Shown piece after piece: positions 40,903 to 50,268 of a stretch of 64,000 bases of DNA. The position numbers and the translations under genes are program-made. Every line of letters begins with the position of its first letter. Position 1 is the first letter of the stretch. The stretch comes from a virus. The stretch is from positions 1-64,000 of the IMG/VR virus record IMGVR_UViG_3300002461_000132. The stretch is one strand, 5' to 3'. Below the pieces are notes generated by a model, which was not told where the DNA came from, did not search any database, and saw only the letters and a list, made by a program, of their open reading frames with translations.

Positions 40903-40919
40903 TCGTGTAGCGTCGGCGG

Positions 40920-41192
40920 ATGCAAGCACTCCAACGCCTCAAGATCTCCGGTAACAACGCGCTCGTGATCGCCCTCGACGGCAAGGTGATCGAGAACGTC
41001 AACGCGATCACCGTGCAGCCGCTCGGCGACGGTCTGTTTCGCGCGATCCTCTCCGTCAACGTCGAGGTCGAAGCCGACGTCAACCTCAAGAACACGGAGG
41101 TGGATCGCAAGGAGGACGAGCCGGAAGCCGATGACGACGACGCGAAGCCGGATGACGCCGACGACAAGCGCGACGCGTTGAAGTTCGGCTAG
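40920..41192 (+). CDS. Small acidic hypothetical protein (90 aa)
   Basis: MQALQRLKISGNNALVIALDGKVIENVN... followed by an Asp/Glu-rich tail. Confidence 0.5.
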   Translation: MQALQRLKISGNNALVIALDGKVIENVNAITVQPLGDGLFRAILSVNVEVEADVNLKNTEVDRKEDEPEADDDDAKPDDADDKRDALKFG

Positions 41193-41365
41193 ATCTCGAG
41201 CTCGAGTTGCGTCTCGCCGGCGACGAGCGACGCGGTGATCAACTCGCGCCGGCGATCCCAATCCGACCACGTGGTGCCGCAACCGCCGGCGCTGTAGCGC
41301 GCCACGCACCACGCTCGTTTGCCGACGACGATCACCTCGCCGTCGCACTTCGGGCAGTGGTTCAC
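41189..41365 (-). CDS. Zinc-ribbon protein (58 aa), antisense to the head module
   Basis: Hand-translated: (V)NHCPKCDGEVIVVGKRAWCVARYSAGGCGTTWSDWDRRRELITASLVAGETQLELEI. The GTG at 41365 forms a GTGA overlap with the upstream stop. GC3 is high. Below the ORF-track cutoff. Confidence 0.5.
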   Translation of the reverse strand: MNHCPKCDGEVIVVGKRAWCVARYSAGGCGTTWSDWDRRRELITASLVAGETQLELEI

Positions 41366-41628
41366 CGGCGGCCGCGACGCGCGACGAGGTTGCGCTTCCG
41401 CTTCCGGTTCGCCTTGCGATCCGCCTTGCGCTCCTCGGCTGTCCGGTTGTCGGACGCGTGGCGAGCTCGAGGCACCTCCTCGCGCGTCTGGTATCCGAAC
41501 GTCGGAGCTTGCCCCGACGTCTTTCGTCGACGAGCTACGGGCCGGCCGTCGACGACGTCGCCGACGGTTGCGCCCATCGAGATCACCGAGGCCGCGGTCA
41601 TGACATTCATCAGAGCTTGCTTTTGCAT
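41362..41628 (-). CDS. Small basic protein (about 88 aa), antisense to the head module
   Basis: MQKQALMNVMTAASVISMGATVGD...AEERKADRKANRKRKRNLVARRGRR. All plus-strand frames here look like Arg-rich shadow sequence. The start is uncertain (ATG 41628, 41610 or 41601). Confidence 0.4.
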   Translation of the reverse strand: MQKQALMNVMTAASVISMGATVGDVVDGRPVARRRKTSGQAPTFGYQTREEVPRARHASDNRTAEERKADRKANRKRKRNLVARRGRR

Positions 41629-41653
41629 GTGCGTGAGGGTCACGTTATCACGC

Positions 41654-42064
41654 ATGGGTAACAACCTGTTCGGCGCGAACATCTCGGGCAAGCTCCTCGC
41701 CGCTGTTGGTCCGAAGGTGCTCGCCGCGAAGCTTCGCCGACGTGCCGCGACCACGCGCGACCCCGTGCACCCATCGCTCGGGCTACAGCGTGCGGATCCC
41801 GTCGAGTACAGCGGACTCCGCGGATTCGTCGACAGCTTTGCGGCCTACCTCGTCGGCAAGTCGATCTCGAGCTCGGGCCCCGGCACCGACACCGTGATCC
41901 AGGCTGGCGATCGCCAGGTGTCGATCTTCGCCGACTCGATCCCGGCGGCCGCCGGCGATCCACAGGCGGCCGACGAGATCTTCATCGAAGCGAAGTGGAT
42001 CTCGGTGATCGCGATCCTCGAACGCGACCCCGATCGCGCGCTGTTCACGTTACAGTGTCGGTGA
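41654..42064 (+). CDS. Hypothetical head-module protein (136 aa)
   Basis: ATG at 41654 (MGNNLFGANISGKLLAAVGPK...). Only this 3' part of listed ORF 41207..42064 looks coding. Confidence 0.55.
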   Translation: MGNNLFGANISGKLLAAVGPKVLAAKLRRRAATTRDPVHPSLGLQRADPVEYSGLRGFVDSFAAYLVGKSISSSGPGTDTVIQAGDRQVSIFADSIPAAAGDPQAADEIFIEAKWISVIAILERDPDRALFTLQCR

Positions 42065-42405
42065 TGCCACCTGCAATCAGCACCAACGCGCACGATCCGA
42101 AGTGCCGCGACGAATACGACAACGCGTACAAGGCGCACACGGTGTTCGAGGGCTTCGGCCTCGACACGACGATGGTTGTGCCGTGTCCCTTCTGCGCGGC
42201 CCCGAAGTTCATGCGGTGGTCGCCGGTGCCGACGTCGCCGATCGCGATCGAGAAGGTGCTCGAGGCCGGTGCGATCTGCGAGAAGTGCGGCCGCGGCATG
42301 CGGGGCATCACCGACACGAGCGGCGGTGACGTGCGCGTCGAGATGGTGCAGACGTGCGGTGTCGACCCCGCGTCGTACTTGCCGCCGATGCGTCGCGTCG
42401 CGTAG
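42064..42405 (+). CDS. Zinc-ribbon protein (113 aa)
   Basis: The ATG at 42064 overlaps the preceding stop. Motifs CPFC...CEKCG. Confidence 0.5.
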   Translation: MPPAISTNAHDPKCRDEYDNAYKAHTVFEGFGLDTTMVVPCPFCAAPKFMRWSPVPTSPIAIEKVLEAGAICEKCGRGMRGITDTSGGDVRVEMVQTCGVDPASYLPPMRRVA

Positions 42406-42415
42406 GCTGCACGCT

Positions 42416-42658
42416 ATGGCGAAATTCGATGCAGCTCGGGCAAAATTCTCGGTCGAGTCCCTCGAGCCGGCGCAAGACAGCGTCGGCAAAGTGGTCGGCT
42501 ACTACCTCAAGCTCGGCAACGATGCCGGTGAAGTGTACGTCGGTGACGACTTCGTGCGCTCGCACTTCACGCAGGCACCGGCGGTGATCGCACCGACGGC
42601 CCCGTCCGACAAGCTCGGCGGCGAGGCGTTCGCGAAGGTCGACGCCCCGAAGAAGTAG
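42416..42658 (+). CDS. Hypothetical protein (80 aa)
   Basis: MAKFDAARAKFSVESLEPAQDSVGKVVGYYLKLG... Confidence 0.5.
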   Translation: MAKFDAARAKFSVESLEPAQDSVGKVVGYYLKLGNDAGEVYVGDDFVRSHFTQAPAVIAPTAPSDKLGGEAFAKVDAPKK

Positions 42659-42662
42659 CGCG

Positions 42663-44627
42663 ATGGATGAAGCGGCGATCGATGCACTCTCCGATCGCCT
42701 GACGCGCGAGCTCGGGGCCGGTTGGATCGAAGTCATCGAGTGGCTTCGATCGACCAACAGCCTCGCCGACATCGCTTCGCGCATGCGCGCCGGCGACATC
42801 GACGGCGTGATCACCGGCATCACGGCCGGAGCTCGTCGGTTCGCATCCGCCGTGAACGCCGCGCGAGACACCGCGGGGCAGGTCGCGGCCGACTGGCTAG
42901 ACGAACAGATCGAGGGCGATCTCGTCTCGTACGATGGCCAGAACGATCGCGCGCAACGGATGGCCGCGAACGCGCGATACAACCTGATCCGATCGGTCAC
43001 CACCGAGCAACGCGCGGTCGTACGACAGGTTGTGCAGCGCGGGATCGCCGAGGGTCAGAATCCTCTCGAGACGGCGCAAGAGATCCGCACCGGCATCGGG
43101 CTGACGCCGGCGCAAGAACAGATCATCGCGAACTATCGGCGCGAGCTCCGAGCGCAGGAGTACGACGCGGCCCTCGCGCGCCGGCTGTCGAGCGGGCAAT
43201 CGGATCGCACGGTGCGCGCGGCGCGCGACGCGGATCGCGGCATGACGAACGATCAGATCGATCGCGCCGTCGAGCGCTACCGCGAAAACTGGATCACGTA
43301 TCGCGCCGAGACGATCGCGCGCACCGAGTCACTTCGTGCCGTGCACCAAGGTGCCGACGAGATGATCGAGCAAGCGGTTGACGCCGGCACGCTGACGCGC
43401 GACGAGATCACGCGCACGTGGGTCACGGGCCCTCGCACCGGGCGCGACTCGCCGCGGCCGTGGCATGCCTCGATGGATGGTCAAGAACGGGGCATCGGCG
43501 AGCTATTCGTCGACGGCCGCGGCAACCGGTTGCGCTTTCCCGGTGATCCGAACGCGCCGGCCGAGACCACGATCAACTGCCGATGCGTCGTGTCGACACG
43601 CTACAACCCCGGAGCTCGGCGGACGCCGACGCCCGACGATCCCCGCGGACAGATCCCGGCGACGGCGGCGCAGGTCGACGAGAACGCACCGGCCCAATGG
43701 GTGCCGGCGCGATCGCTCGCGCAACGGGGCTACAACCAACCCGCCGGCATGGATGCGGCGCGCGATGCGACGGTGCGCCTCGACAACGCGCGACGGATCG
43801 TGGCGTCACCGCTCGGGCAACAAGAGCCGATCAACATCATGGTCGGCCCACAAGGCACGCTCGAGGTCAGCGGCGGCCGCCACCGATTGCAGGCGGCGAT
43901 CGATGCGGACATCGACGTGCTGACGCGTTTCTCCGTCGGCAACGAGTACGTCGACAACCCGTCACCGGGATCCGTCGAGCGCCGGCCGCGGCGACCGGAA
44001 CCGGCACCGCCGATCGTCGAGATCATGGTGCCGGTCGAAGCACCGACGCCGGCGACGGTGCCGATCGCGGCGACGATCGCACCGCCGATCGTCGAGGTGA
44101 CGGCCGACGAGACGGCGCTATCGGCTGTTCCGACGGCGCCCCCGAAGAATCCGCGGCGCGTCGAGGCCGCGAAGATTGCGGCCGCGCGGTCCGTCGAGGT
44201 GCGGCGCGAAATCTGGTCGACGGCGCGAAGCAACCTCCCTCCGCATCTGCAAGTGATCTGGGATCGCGAGGGCTACAAGTACATCCAGCAACAGCGCGCG
44301 CGGATCAAGGGGATCAAGGATCCCGTCAACGCGGGATCGAAGCTCTCCGAAGCATTCATCGAGACGTACGGATCCGGCGAGTCGACAGCGACGGGCAACG
44401 AGGGCGATCGGCATTCGCGCGCGTCGGAGATCGCGGCCGAGCATGCCGAGGAGTGGGCCAACGATCAGGAAAGCGAATACTACGCGCGGATGAAACGCGA
44501 GATGGAAGACGCCGGCGAGATCACCGACGGCGACGTCACCGATACGACGGCGAGCTCGGATCCGTGGGACGCCCCGCCGGAGCCGACGCCGGTCGAAGAA
44601 GCACCGAGCGATGACGTTCCTTTCTGA
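42663..44627 (+). CDS. Mu F / SPP1 gp7-like head morphogenesis protein with C-terminal ParB/Srx-like extension
   Basis: PWHASMDGQERG...PAETTINCRCVV is the Mu F-type signature. Downstream, LEVSGGRHRLQAAIDADIDVL resembles the ParB-like nuclease/Srx GxxR box. A Pro-rich linker and an acidic tail follow. Confidence 0.7.
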   Translation: MDEAAIDALSDRLTRELGAGWIEVIEWLRSTNSLADIASRMRAGDIDGVITGITAGARRFASAVNAARDTAGQVAADWLDEQIEGDLVSYDGQNDRAQRMAANARYNLIRSVTTEQRAVVRQVVQRGIAEGQNPLETAQEIRTGIGLTPAQEQIIANYRRELRAQEYDAALARRLSSGQSDRTVRAARDADRGMTNDQIDRAVERYRENWITYRAETIARTESLRAVHQGADEMIEQAVDAGTLTRDEITRTWVTGPRTGRDSPRPWHASMDGQERGIGELFVDGRGNRLRFPGDPNAPAETTINCRCVVSTRYNPGARRTPTPDDPRGQIPATAAQVDENAPAQWVPARSLAQRGYNQPAGMDAARDATVRLDNARRIVASPLGQQEPINIMVGPQGTLEVSGGRHRLQAAIDADIDVLTRFSVGNEYVDNPSPGSVERRPRRPEPAPPIVEIMVPVEAPTPATVPIAATIAPPIVEVTADETALSAVPTAPPKNPRRVEAAKIAAARSVEVRREIWSTARSNLPPHLQVIWDREGYKYIQQQRARIKGIKDPVNAGSKLSEAFIETYGSGESTATGNEGDRHSRASEIAAEHAEEWANDQESEYYARMKREMEDAGEITDGDVTDTTASSDPWDAPPEPTPVEEAPSDDVPF

Positions 44628-44928
44628 TAGAGTGGAACCCGTGCAGGTCACCGAGAAAGCACACGCGGCGATCTTGCTGCGCGTCGCGCGCGTGACGCTC
44701 GGCGAAGCACGTGCAGCGTGGCGCGCGTGGGAGACGGTGAACGACTTGCGCCGGCTACGCGTGGCGCTACGAACGGCCGTGCTCGCCGCGCGATCCGCTC
44801 GTCGTGCGGCGGAAAAGTCTCGTGATGCGATCGTCACGCGTCGGCTGTTGGACGATGCCGCGAAGCTCGACGCGACGGCCGCGGAGCTCCAGTCTCTGAT
44901 CGCGACGGCGGTCACCGGCGAAGATTGA
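44611..44928 (+). CDS. Hypothetical helical protein (105 aa)
   Basis: Ala/Arg/Leu-rich helical sequence. GTG 44632 is an alternative start after the upstream stop. Confidence 0.4.
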   Translation: MTFLSDRVEPVQVTEKAHAAILLRVARVTLGEARAAWRAWETVNDLRRLRVALRTAVLAARSARRAAEKSRDAIVTRRLLDDAAKLDATAAELQSLIATAVTGED

Positions 44929-45176
44929 ACGATCACGAGCTCGCGCTGATCAAGCACATCGCGGCGCGGGGCAACCGCTACGTGTGGTTCGCGTACGTGC
45001 CGCGACGGTTGCGGATCCCGGAGTGGTGGCGTTGGACGTGGATCCTCGCCGGCACGCTCGGTGCCGACTTCGTCGCGTACCGTGTGTCGCGCGATGGAAT
45101 GCTCGCCGCGTGGCCGGCGAACCACGCGCACTACGCCGCGGAAAGTGGCAACTCGGCCGCGACTCGGGCACCCTGA
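44925..45176 (+). CDS. Hypothetical protein (83 aa), Trp-rich with a hydrophobic segment
   Basis: TTG start overlapping the preceding stop. Sequence NDHELALIKHIAARGNRYVWFAYVPRRLRIPEWWRWTWILAGTLG... Confidence 0.4.
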   Translation: MNDHELALIKHIAARGNRYVWFAYVPRRLRIPEWWRWTWILAGTLGADFVAYRVSRDGMLAAWPANHAHYAAESGNSAATRAP

Positions 45177-45181
45177 TCGGC

Positions 45182-46966
45182 ATGTCTCTCGCGCGTTTCG
45201 AGAAGGTCGGCAACTTTCACAAGGTGATGGGCGGCATCGCCTACGGGTGGGCGCTCGCGTCGACGTTCAAGGGGGCGCCGTACTTCGACACGGGCGACGG
45301 CACGTTCACCGATCACATCCCCGAGGAGACGGTGCCCGAGGTCGCGAAGCTGTTCATGGAGCAATCGCGCGTCGGCCTCGACATGCACCAAGGCGATCAG
45401 GTCGCCGACGTCGTGTTCGCGTACCCGATGATCGGCGACGTCGCGAAGGGGCTCGGCTTCGCCGACGGTGACACCACCGGCCTCGCGATCGGGTGGATGC
45501 CATACGACAAAACGTACCTCGAGAAGATCGCGGACGGCGAGCGGATCGGTTTCTCGATCGGCGGGATCGTGCAGGTCTATGACATCGTCGACGAGCTCGG
45601 CAACGTGCTCGAGACGATCGACTACAACGGCAAGAGCGCCGGCGGTGGTCGAAAGTTTTCGTTCAAGCGCGATCCGTTCTACGCCGGCGGCCTCGAGCTC
45701 GCGAAGTCGAGCGGCCTCAAGCGTCGTGTGTTCCGCACGTGGAAGCTCGGCGAGATCTCGACGGTCGATCGTCCGATGCAAGAGCCGGCGTTGATCGGCG
45801 TCGTGAAGTCGAAGGGTGGCGTGCAGTACCGCAAGACGCGCACGATCGCGCGCGCGGTGTCGAAGATCGCCGTGCTGTCGTCGAACGTCGACGGGCATCA
45901 GCACGTGGTCGACACGACGGCGTGCGATGCGTCGGGGCTCGGTCGCACGACGTGGGAGACGGCCGAAGGTTCGGACTACGGTCACGATCACGCGTGGGTG
46001 CGCGACCCGATCTCTGGCGAGATCACGATCGCGCAGAACGAAGGGCACACGCATACCGTCGAGGCGACGGCAAATCCGGCGATCACCGGCACGACGCAGG
46101 TGATCGTCACCGGCAAGGGGGATGCACAGAATTTGCCCCCGGGCACGGCAATCGATAGCGTCAAGACTGCAACCGAGGAGCATGCGCAGATGGATCCCAA
46201 GGACACCGAGATCGCGAACCTGAAGAAGCGGCTTTCTATCCTCGACGGATGGAAGACCATGACGGATGCGCATCGCCTCTTCACGACGAAGATGGGCCCC
46301 GAAGATCGTGACGCGTTCGTCGAGCTCGCGCCGACCAAGCGCGACGAGATGATCAAGTCGGCGCACGAGTCCGACCCCGTGGTCTACACCTCGGAGCGCA
46401 CGAAGAAGGTCTATCGCGCGTCGAACCAGGAGATGGCCGATCTCGCGAAGGATGCCGACGAGCAGCACCTCGAGACGTCGAAGGCGAAGAAGGAGCGCGA
46501 CGAGGCGACCTATTCGAAGCTCGCGACGTCGACGCTCGGCAACCTCGCGTTCAAGCGCGAGGCCGGCAAGTACGACGACGCGCAGACGCTGATCAAGGCG
46601 GTCTACACCGTCGTGACCGACGTCGCGCAGCGCGACCGGATCATGTCCGCGCTCAAGGGCGCCGATGCGATCGCGGCCGACGGTGCGAACGTCGAGGGTG
46701 TCGAGACGGACGGCGCGCAGACGGCCGACCCCGACGACGAGACGACCACCACCGAACCCGGTGATCCGGTCGCGCCGAAGCAGCACGCGAGCAAGAACCT
46801 CGCGCGCGAGGCGCTGACGAAGAAGGTCACGGCGTTCGCGACGGCGAACAAGGTGCACAAGGCCGTCGCGATGACGCGGCTGTTGAAGGACGACGACGAC
46901 GCGCGCGTCCTCTACAACAAGGCCCAAGCGCACGACGCGAAGTACAAGAAGGCCGCGCGCGTCTAA
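45182..46966 (+). CDS. Prohead protease (XkdF-like) fused to a scaffold-like domain
   Basis: ATG at 45182. The N-terminal region (FTDHIPEETVPEVAKLFMEQSRVGLDMHQGDQVADVVFAYPM) recalls XkdF-type proteases. The C-terminal half is Lys/Glu/Asp/Ala-rich and helical. It sits between the Mu F-like and decoration/capsid genes. Confidence 0.55.
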   Translation: MSLARFEKVGNFHKVMGGIAYGWALASTFKGAPYFDTGDGTFTDHIPEETVPEVAKLFMEQSRVGLDMHQGDQVADVVFAYPMIGDVAKGLGFADGDTTGLAIGWMPYDKTYLEKIADGERIGFSIGGIVQVYDIVDELGNVLETIDYNGKSAGGGRKFSFKRDPFYAGGLELAKSSGLKRRVFRTWKLGEISTVDRPMQEPALIGVVKSKGGVQYRKTRTIARAVSKIAVLSSNVDGHQHVVDTTACDASGLGRTTWETAEGSDYGHDHAWVRDPISGEITIAQNEGHTHTVEATANPAITGTTQVIVTGKGDAQNLPPGTAIDSVKTATEEHAQMDPKDTEIANLKKRLSILDGWKTMTDAHRLFTTKMGPEDRDAFVELAPTKRDEMIKSAHESDPVVYTSERTKKVYRASNQEMADLAKDADEQHLETSKAKKERDEATYSKLATSTLGNLAFKREAGKYDDAQTLIKAVYTVVTDVAQRDRIMSALKGADAIAADGANVEGVETDGAQTADPDDETTTTEPGDPVAPKQHASKNLAREALTKKVTAFATANKVHKAVAMTRLLKDDDDARVLYNKAQAHDAKYKKAARV

Positions 46967-47027
46967 CGCGCGCAGCTTGCCGACGACGATCCACTAGAAC
47001 CACGACGACGATACCGACGAGGAAATC

Positions 47028-48020
47028 ATGGCCCCCAACGCACAGAACGGTCCGCTCTCGCTCCCCGCTGCTTCCGCGGCCTTCGCCTCGACGCTGTATC
47101 TCGCGGCCGTGCTCGGCGTCAACGGCGTCGATCTGCCGACCGTCGGCGGCCCGATCCTCGGCCTCAACACCACGAAGGCGGCGAGCGGCAAGGCGGTGCA
47201 GATCGAGCACCGCCCCGGCGTTCGTCAGTTCTTCGTCGGTGGCGGTGTCACCGCGCGCGGCGATAAGCTGAAGGTCACCGCGGCCGGCAAGTTCGTCACC
47301 GCGTCGGCGCAAGACGTTCTCGACGGCAAGGCCGTCGCGCTTTGCATCGACGGCACGGCCGCGGATGGTCGCGTCGGATCGCTCGTGCTGATCGGTGGCA
47401 ACGCCGTCACCACGCTCGGTGCGTCGGAGTCGCCGAGCGGTGTCGCCGGCAACTACGACACGTCCGCGCTCACCGACGAGACGTTGCTGACGCTCGGCAC
47501 CGCGAACCGCACCGGCGCGCTCGCGAACGGTTCGGTGGTCGGTCAGAAGAAGAAGATCCGCGTGATCGCCGCGTCGGGTGGCTTCACCTACGCGCTGACG
47601 CCGGCGACGATGAAGGCCGGCGAGCCGACGGCGTTCACGTTCACCGCCAAGGATCAGTACGTCGAGCTCACGTGGACGGCCACGGGTTGGTTCGTCACCG
47701 ATATCAAGACGGCCGGCACCGGCACGACGGCCGCGGCCGGCACGATCAACCCGCTGATCGCGTACCAGAACCTCACGGTGGGATCGGCCGGCGCGGAGGA
47801 TCGCATCCTCCCGAACGGCTACATCGCCGGTCACCAGATCACGATCGTCGTCGGCACGATCGGATCCGGCACCACGACGATCTCCGGCCTCTTCTACGAC
47901 GAGGACGGATCGGCCGACGGCACGGATCTGACCTACAACGCGGCCGCCGATCAGGCGACGCTCGTGTGGGACGGTGCGCGGTGGCTTGCCACCACGCTCG
48001 TGTCCGTGACGATCACCTAA
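47028..48020 (+). CDS. Head decoration protein candidate (DUF2190-like N-terminal domain)
   Basis: AASGKAVQIEHRPGVRQFFVGGGVTARGDKLKVTAAGKFV...GKAVALCIDGTAADGRVGSLVL fits the decoration/cement protein pattern. Lies directly upstream of the capsid gene, as lambda D does relative to E. Confidence 0.45.
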   Translation: MAPNAQNGPLSLPAASAAFASTLYLAAVLGVNGVDLPTVGGPILGLNTTKAASGKAVQIEHRPGVRQFFVGGGVTARGDKLKVTAAGKFVTASAQDVLDGKAVALCIDGTAADGRVGSLVLIGGNAVTTLGASESPSGVAGNYDTSALTDETLLTLGTANRTGALANGSVVGQKKKIRVIAASGGFTYALTPATMKAGEPTAFTFTAKDQYVELTWTATGWFVTDIKTAGTGTTAAAGTINPLIAYQNLTVGSAGAEDRILPNGYIAGHQITIVVGTIGSGTTTISGLFYDEDGSADGTDLTYNAAADQATLVWDGARWLATTLVSVTIT

Positions 48021-48039
48021 GCGACCCTGTTCTAAATTT

Positions 48040-48058
48040 TGACCTCTGCGAGAGGTCA
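48040..48058 (+). other. Intergenic hairpin between the decoration and capsid genes
   Basis: TGACCTC tgcga GAGGTCA (7-bp stem), preceded by AAATTTT. No U-tract follows it. Confidence 0.4.
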
Positions 48059-48100
48059 GTTGATCCTCCTCGACGAACGCATCACCACGGAGCTCTGAAG

Positions 48101-49147
48101 ATGGCACGCAGCAAGGATAGCTACATCGATCTGTTGAAGTCGGGATCGCCCGACGCGGCGGACGTCTACACGGTGCCCGAGCTCACGGAGGTCAGCGTCG
48201 GGTACATGCTCGAGAACGCCGACGACTTCGTGCACACGACGTTCGGCCCCGTCGAGGTGTCGAAGCAGACCGGCAAGTATCGCCGCTACAAGCCCGGCGC
48301 GTTCTTCCGCAACAAGATGGAAAAGCGCACCGACGGCGCCGAGTCGGCCGGCGGTGGCTACGAAACCGAGATGCTCGACTTCTCGACGGATGTGTGGGCG
48401 TGGCACACGGACGTCGGTCCGCAGATGCGCGCGAACGCGGCCGGCACCGTCGACGTCGAGATGGCCGCGACGGAGCTTTGCTCCAACGCCGCGCTGATCA
48501 ACGCCGAAGTCGAGTGGACGGCCACCTACTTCAAGACTGGCATTTGGAGCACCGAGTTGACGTTCGACGCGTCGCCGGCCCCGGGTCAGTTCTTGTCGTG
48601 GATGGATGACGACTCGGATCCGATCGCGGATCAGCGCGCGGCGCTCAAGGCGCAGCGTAAGCGCGCGGTCGGCAAGCGCGCGAACGTGATCGTGTACTCG
48701 GAAGACGTGTGGGAGCGCTTGCTCGTGCACCCGCTCCTCCGCGTGCTGTGGGGCGGCGGACAGACCCCGGGCGGCCCGGTGCTCGGCGACCCCGCGATGT
48801 TCAAGTCGCAGCTCGCGAAGCTTCTCGAGGTGCAGGAGATCAAGGTCGCCAAGGCGCTGTACACCACGTCGAACGACGGTGATCCCACCGAGACGTTCGA
48901 CGTGATCGTGCCGACCGGCGTCGGGATGTTCTATCGCCCCGCACGCCCGTCGGTGATGACGCCGGCGGCCGGCTACACGTTCAACTGGACGGGGTACGCC
49001 GGGGCCGGTTCGCAGGGTCAGGTGATCACGCGCGAGACGATTCCGCTGACCAAGGGCGCGACGCGCTACGAGATCGAGCGCGCCTACGGCTTCGAGCTCG
49101 TCAGCGCCGATTGCGGTGCATGGCTGGAAGGCGTGCTCGACACCTGA
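48101..49147 (+). CDS. Major capsid protein (lambda E-like size and position)
   Basis: ATG at 48101 (MARSKDSYIDLLKSG...), 348 aa. It follows the protease/scaffold and decoration genes. Only this part of listed ORF 47342..49147 looks coding. Confidence 0.65.
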   Translation: MARSKDSYIDLLKSGSPDAADVYTVPELTEVSVGYMLENADDFVHTTFGPVEVSKQTGKYRRYKPGAFFRNKMEKRTDGAESAGGGYETEMLDFSTDVWAWHTDVGPQMRANAAGTVDVEMAATELCSNAALINAEVEWTATYFKTGIWSTELTFDASPAPGQFLSWMDDDSDPIADQRAALKAQRKRAVGKRANVIVYSEDVWERLLVHPLLRVLWGGGQTPGGPVLGDPAMFKSQLAKLLEVQEIKVAKALYTTSNDGDPTETFDVIVPTGVGMFYRPARPSVMTPAAGYTFNWTGYAGAGSQGQVITRETIPLTKGATRYEIERAYGFELVSADCGAWLEGVLDT

Positions 49148-49159
49148 TAGCGTGGGTCT

Positions 49160-49807
49160 ATGACCCAAACGTCCGCACAAGATTCGTACGACCCGTCGGC
49201 CGGTGCTCACGCACTGGTCGATTTGCGTTTTCAGGGCACCGCGTACAAGGCCGGCGATCCGTTTCCGACGGACATCGGTGACGCGAAGCTGCGCATGATG
49301 CACAACGCGCATCGCATCGGCTTCGGTCAGCCCTCGAAAAAGCTCGTGCAGAAGGCGCACGCGCGACGCGTTGCCGAGGCGCACCTTTTGACCGGGGCCG
49401 GCGTGAACGACGACAGCGGCGATCGTGGGCCCGATGACGAGCTCGAGGAGGGGCACGAGGGCAACCCGCTCGTGATCAAGGGCAAGGGCGCCGCGGCCGC
49501 CGTCGCGGCTGCAGCCAAGACGCCGGCGCGCACGTACGATCCGAAGCTCGATCCGGATCTCGAATTGAACCAGGGCGGACCGACGATCGAGGAATGGGCG
49601 GCCGTTGGCTACGAGCTCGCGAAGTATCCCCCGGGCGGATGGTCGGCTGTCGAAAGCCCGGGGCTCAACGCGTTTCGCAACACGGGCAAGGTCCCGGCGA
49701 AGCTCGTCAAGCTCGCACGCGAGGCGCTCGACGAGAAGGCGAAGGAAGAGTCGAAGAAGAAGGGAGCGGCCGCCGACGGAGATCCGCCGGCGTCTCACCA
49801 GGAATGA
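49160..49807 (+). CDS. Hypothetical head/neck protein (215 aa)
   Basis: Clean ORF after the capsid gene, with an acidic middle and a Lys-rich C terminus. Confidence 0.55.
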   Translation: MTQTSAQDSYDPSAGAHALVDLRFQGTAYKAGDPFPTDIGDAKLRMMHNAHRIGFGQPSKKLVQKAHARRVAEAHLLTGAGVNDDSGDRGPDDELEEGHEGNPLVIKGKGAAAAVAAAAKTPARTYDPKLDPDLELNQGGPTIEEWAAVGYELAKYPPGGWSAVESPGLNAFRNTGKVPAKLVKLAREALDEKAKEESKKKGAAADGDPPASHQE

Positions 49808-50268
49808 GCGACGCCGGGATCCGATCGATCATCGAGGAGGTGCGCGCGAACGTGCAGCGCCAACGCGACGCGCTTGCGCTCGAGATCGTGGCCGAGCTCC
49901 AGCGCAAGCCCCCTCAGGGCACGCCGGTCAAAACCGGCTACGCGCGCGCGATGTGGATCCCGGTGCTCGGGCAACCCGCGCTGACGCCGGAGCGCGCGCG
50001 CGTCACCGGCACCGCGGCCGAGCGCAACGCGACGATGCGCAACATGGCGGTCAGCGCGCGAGCTCGGCAGCAAGCGGCGATCGCTTCGCTCCTCGCCGAC
50101 GGTCCGGGGCAACCCGAGGTGTCGGCGCACGTGTACAACCCGGCGGTGTACGTGAACAGGTTGAACGAGCGCGGCGGGCAATCGCCCCCGGGGTGGGTCG
50201 AAGCATCCGTCGCGCGCGCGGTGATCGCCCGACAGGCCGCGGTGCGCGCGGTTCAAGAGGTTCTATGA
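49804..50268 (+). CDS. Head-tail joining protein (HK97 gp10-like pattern)
   Basis: ATGA overlap start. GTPVKTGYARAMW resembles the gp10-type motif. Confidence 0.45.
   Translation: MSDAGIRSIIEEVRANVQRQRDALALEIVAELQRKPPQGTPVKTGYARAMWIPVLGQPALTPERARVTGTAAERNATMRNMAVSARARQQAAIASLLADGPGQPEVSAHVYNPAVYVNRLNERGGQSPPGWVEASVARAVIARQAAVRAVQEVL

Noticed and set aside
48040-48058. The hairpin between the decoration and capsid genes as a rho-independent terminator
   Set aside because: No U-tract follows it on either strand, and the capsid gene downstream must be expressed. It is recorded only as a hairpin of unknown role.
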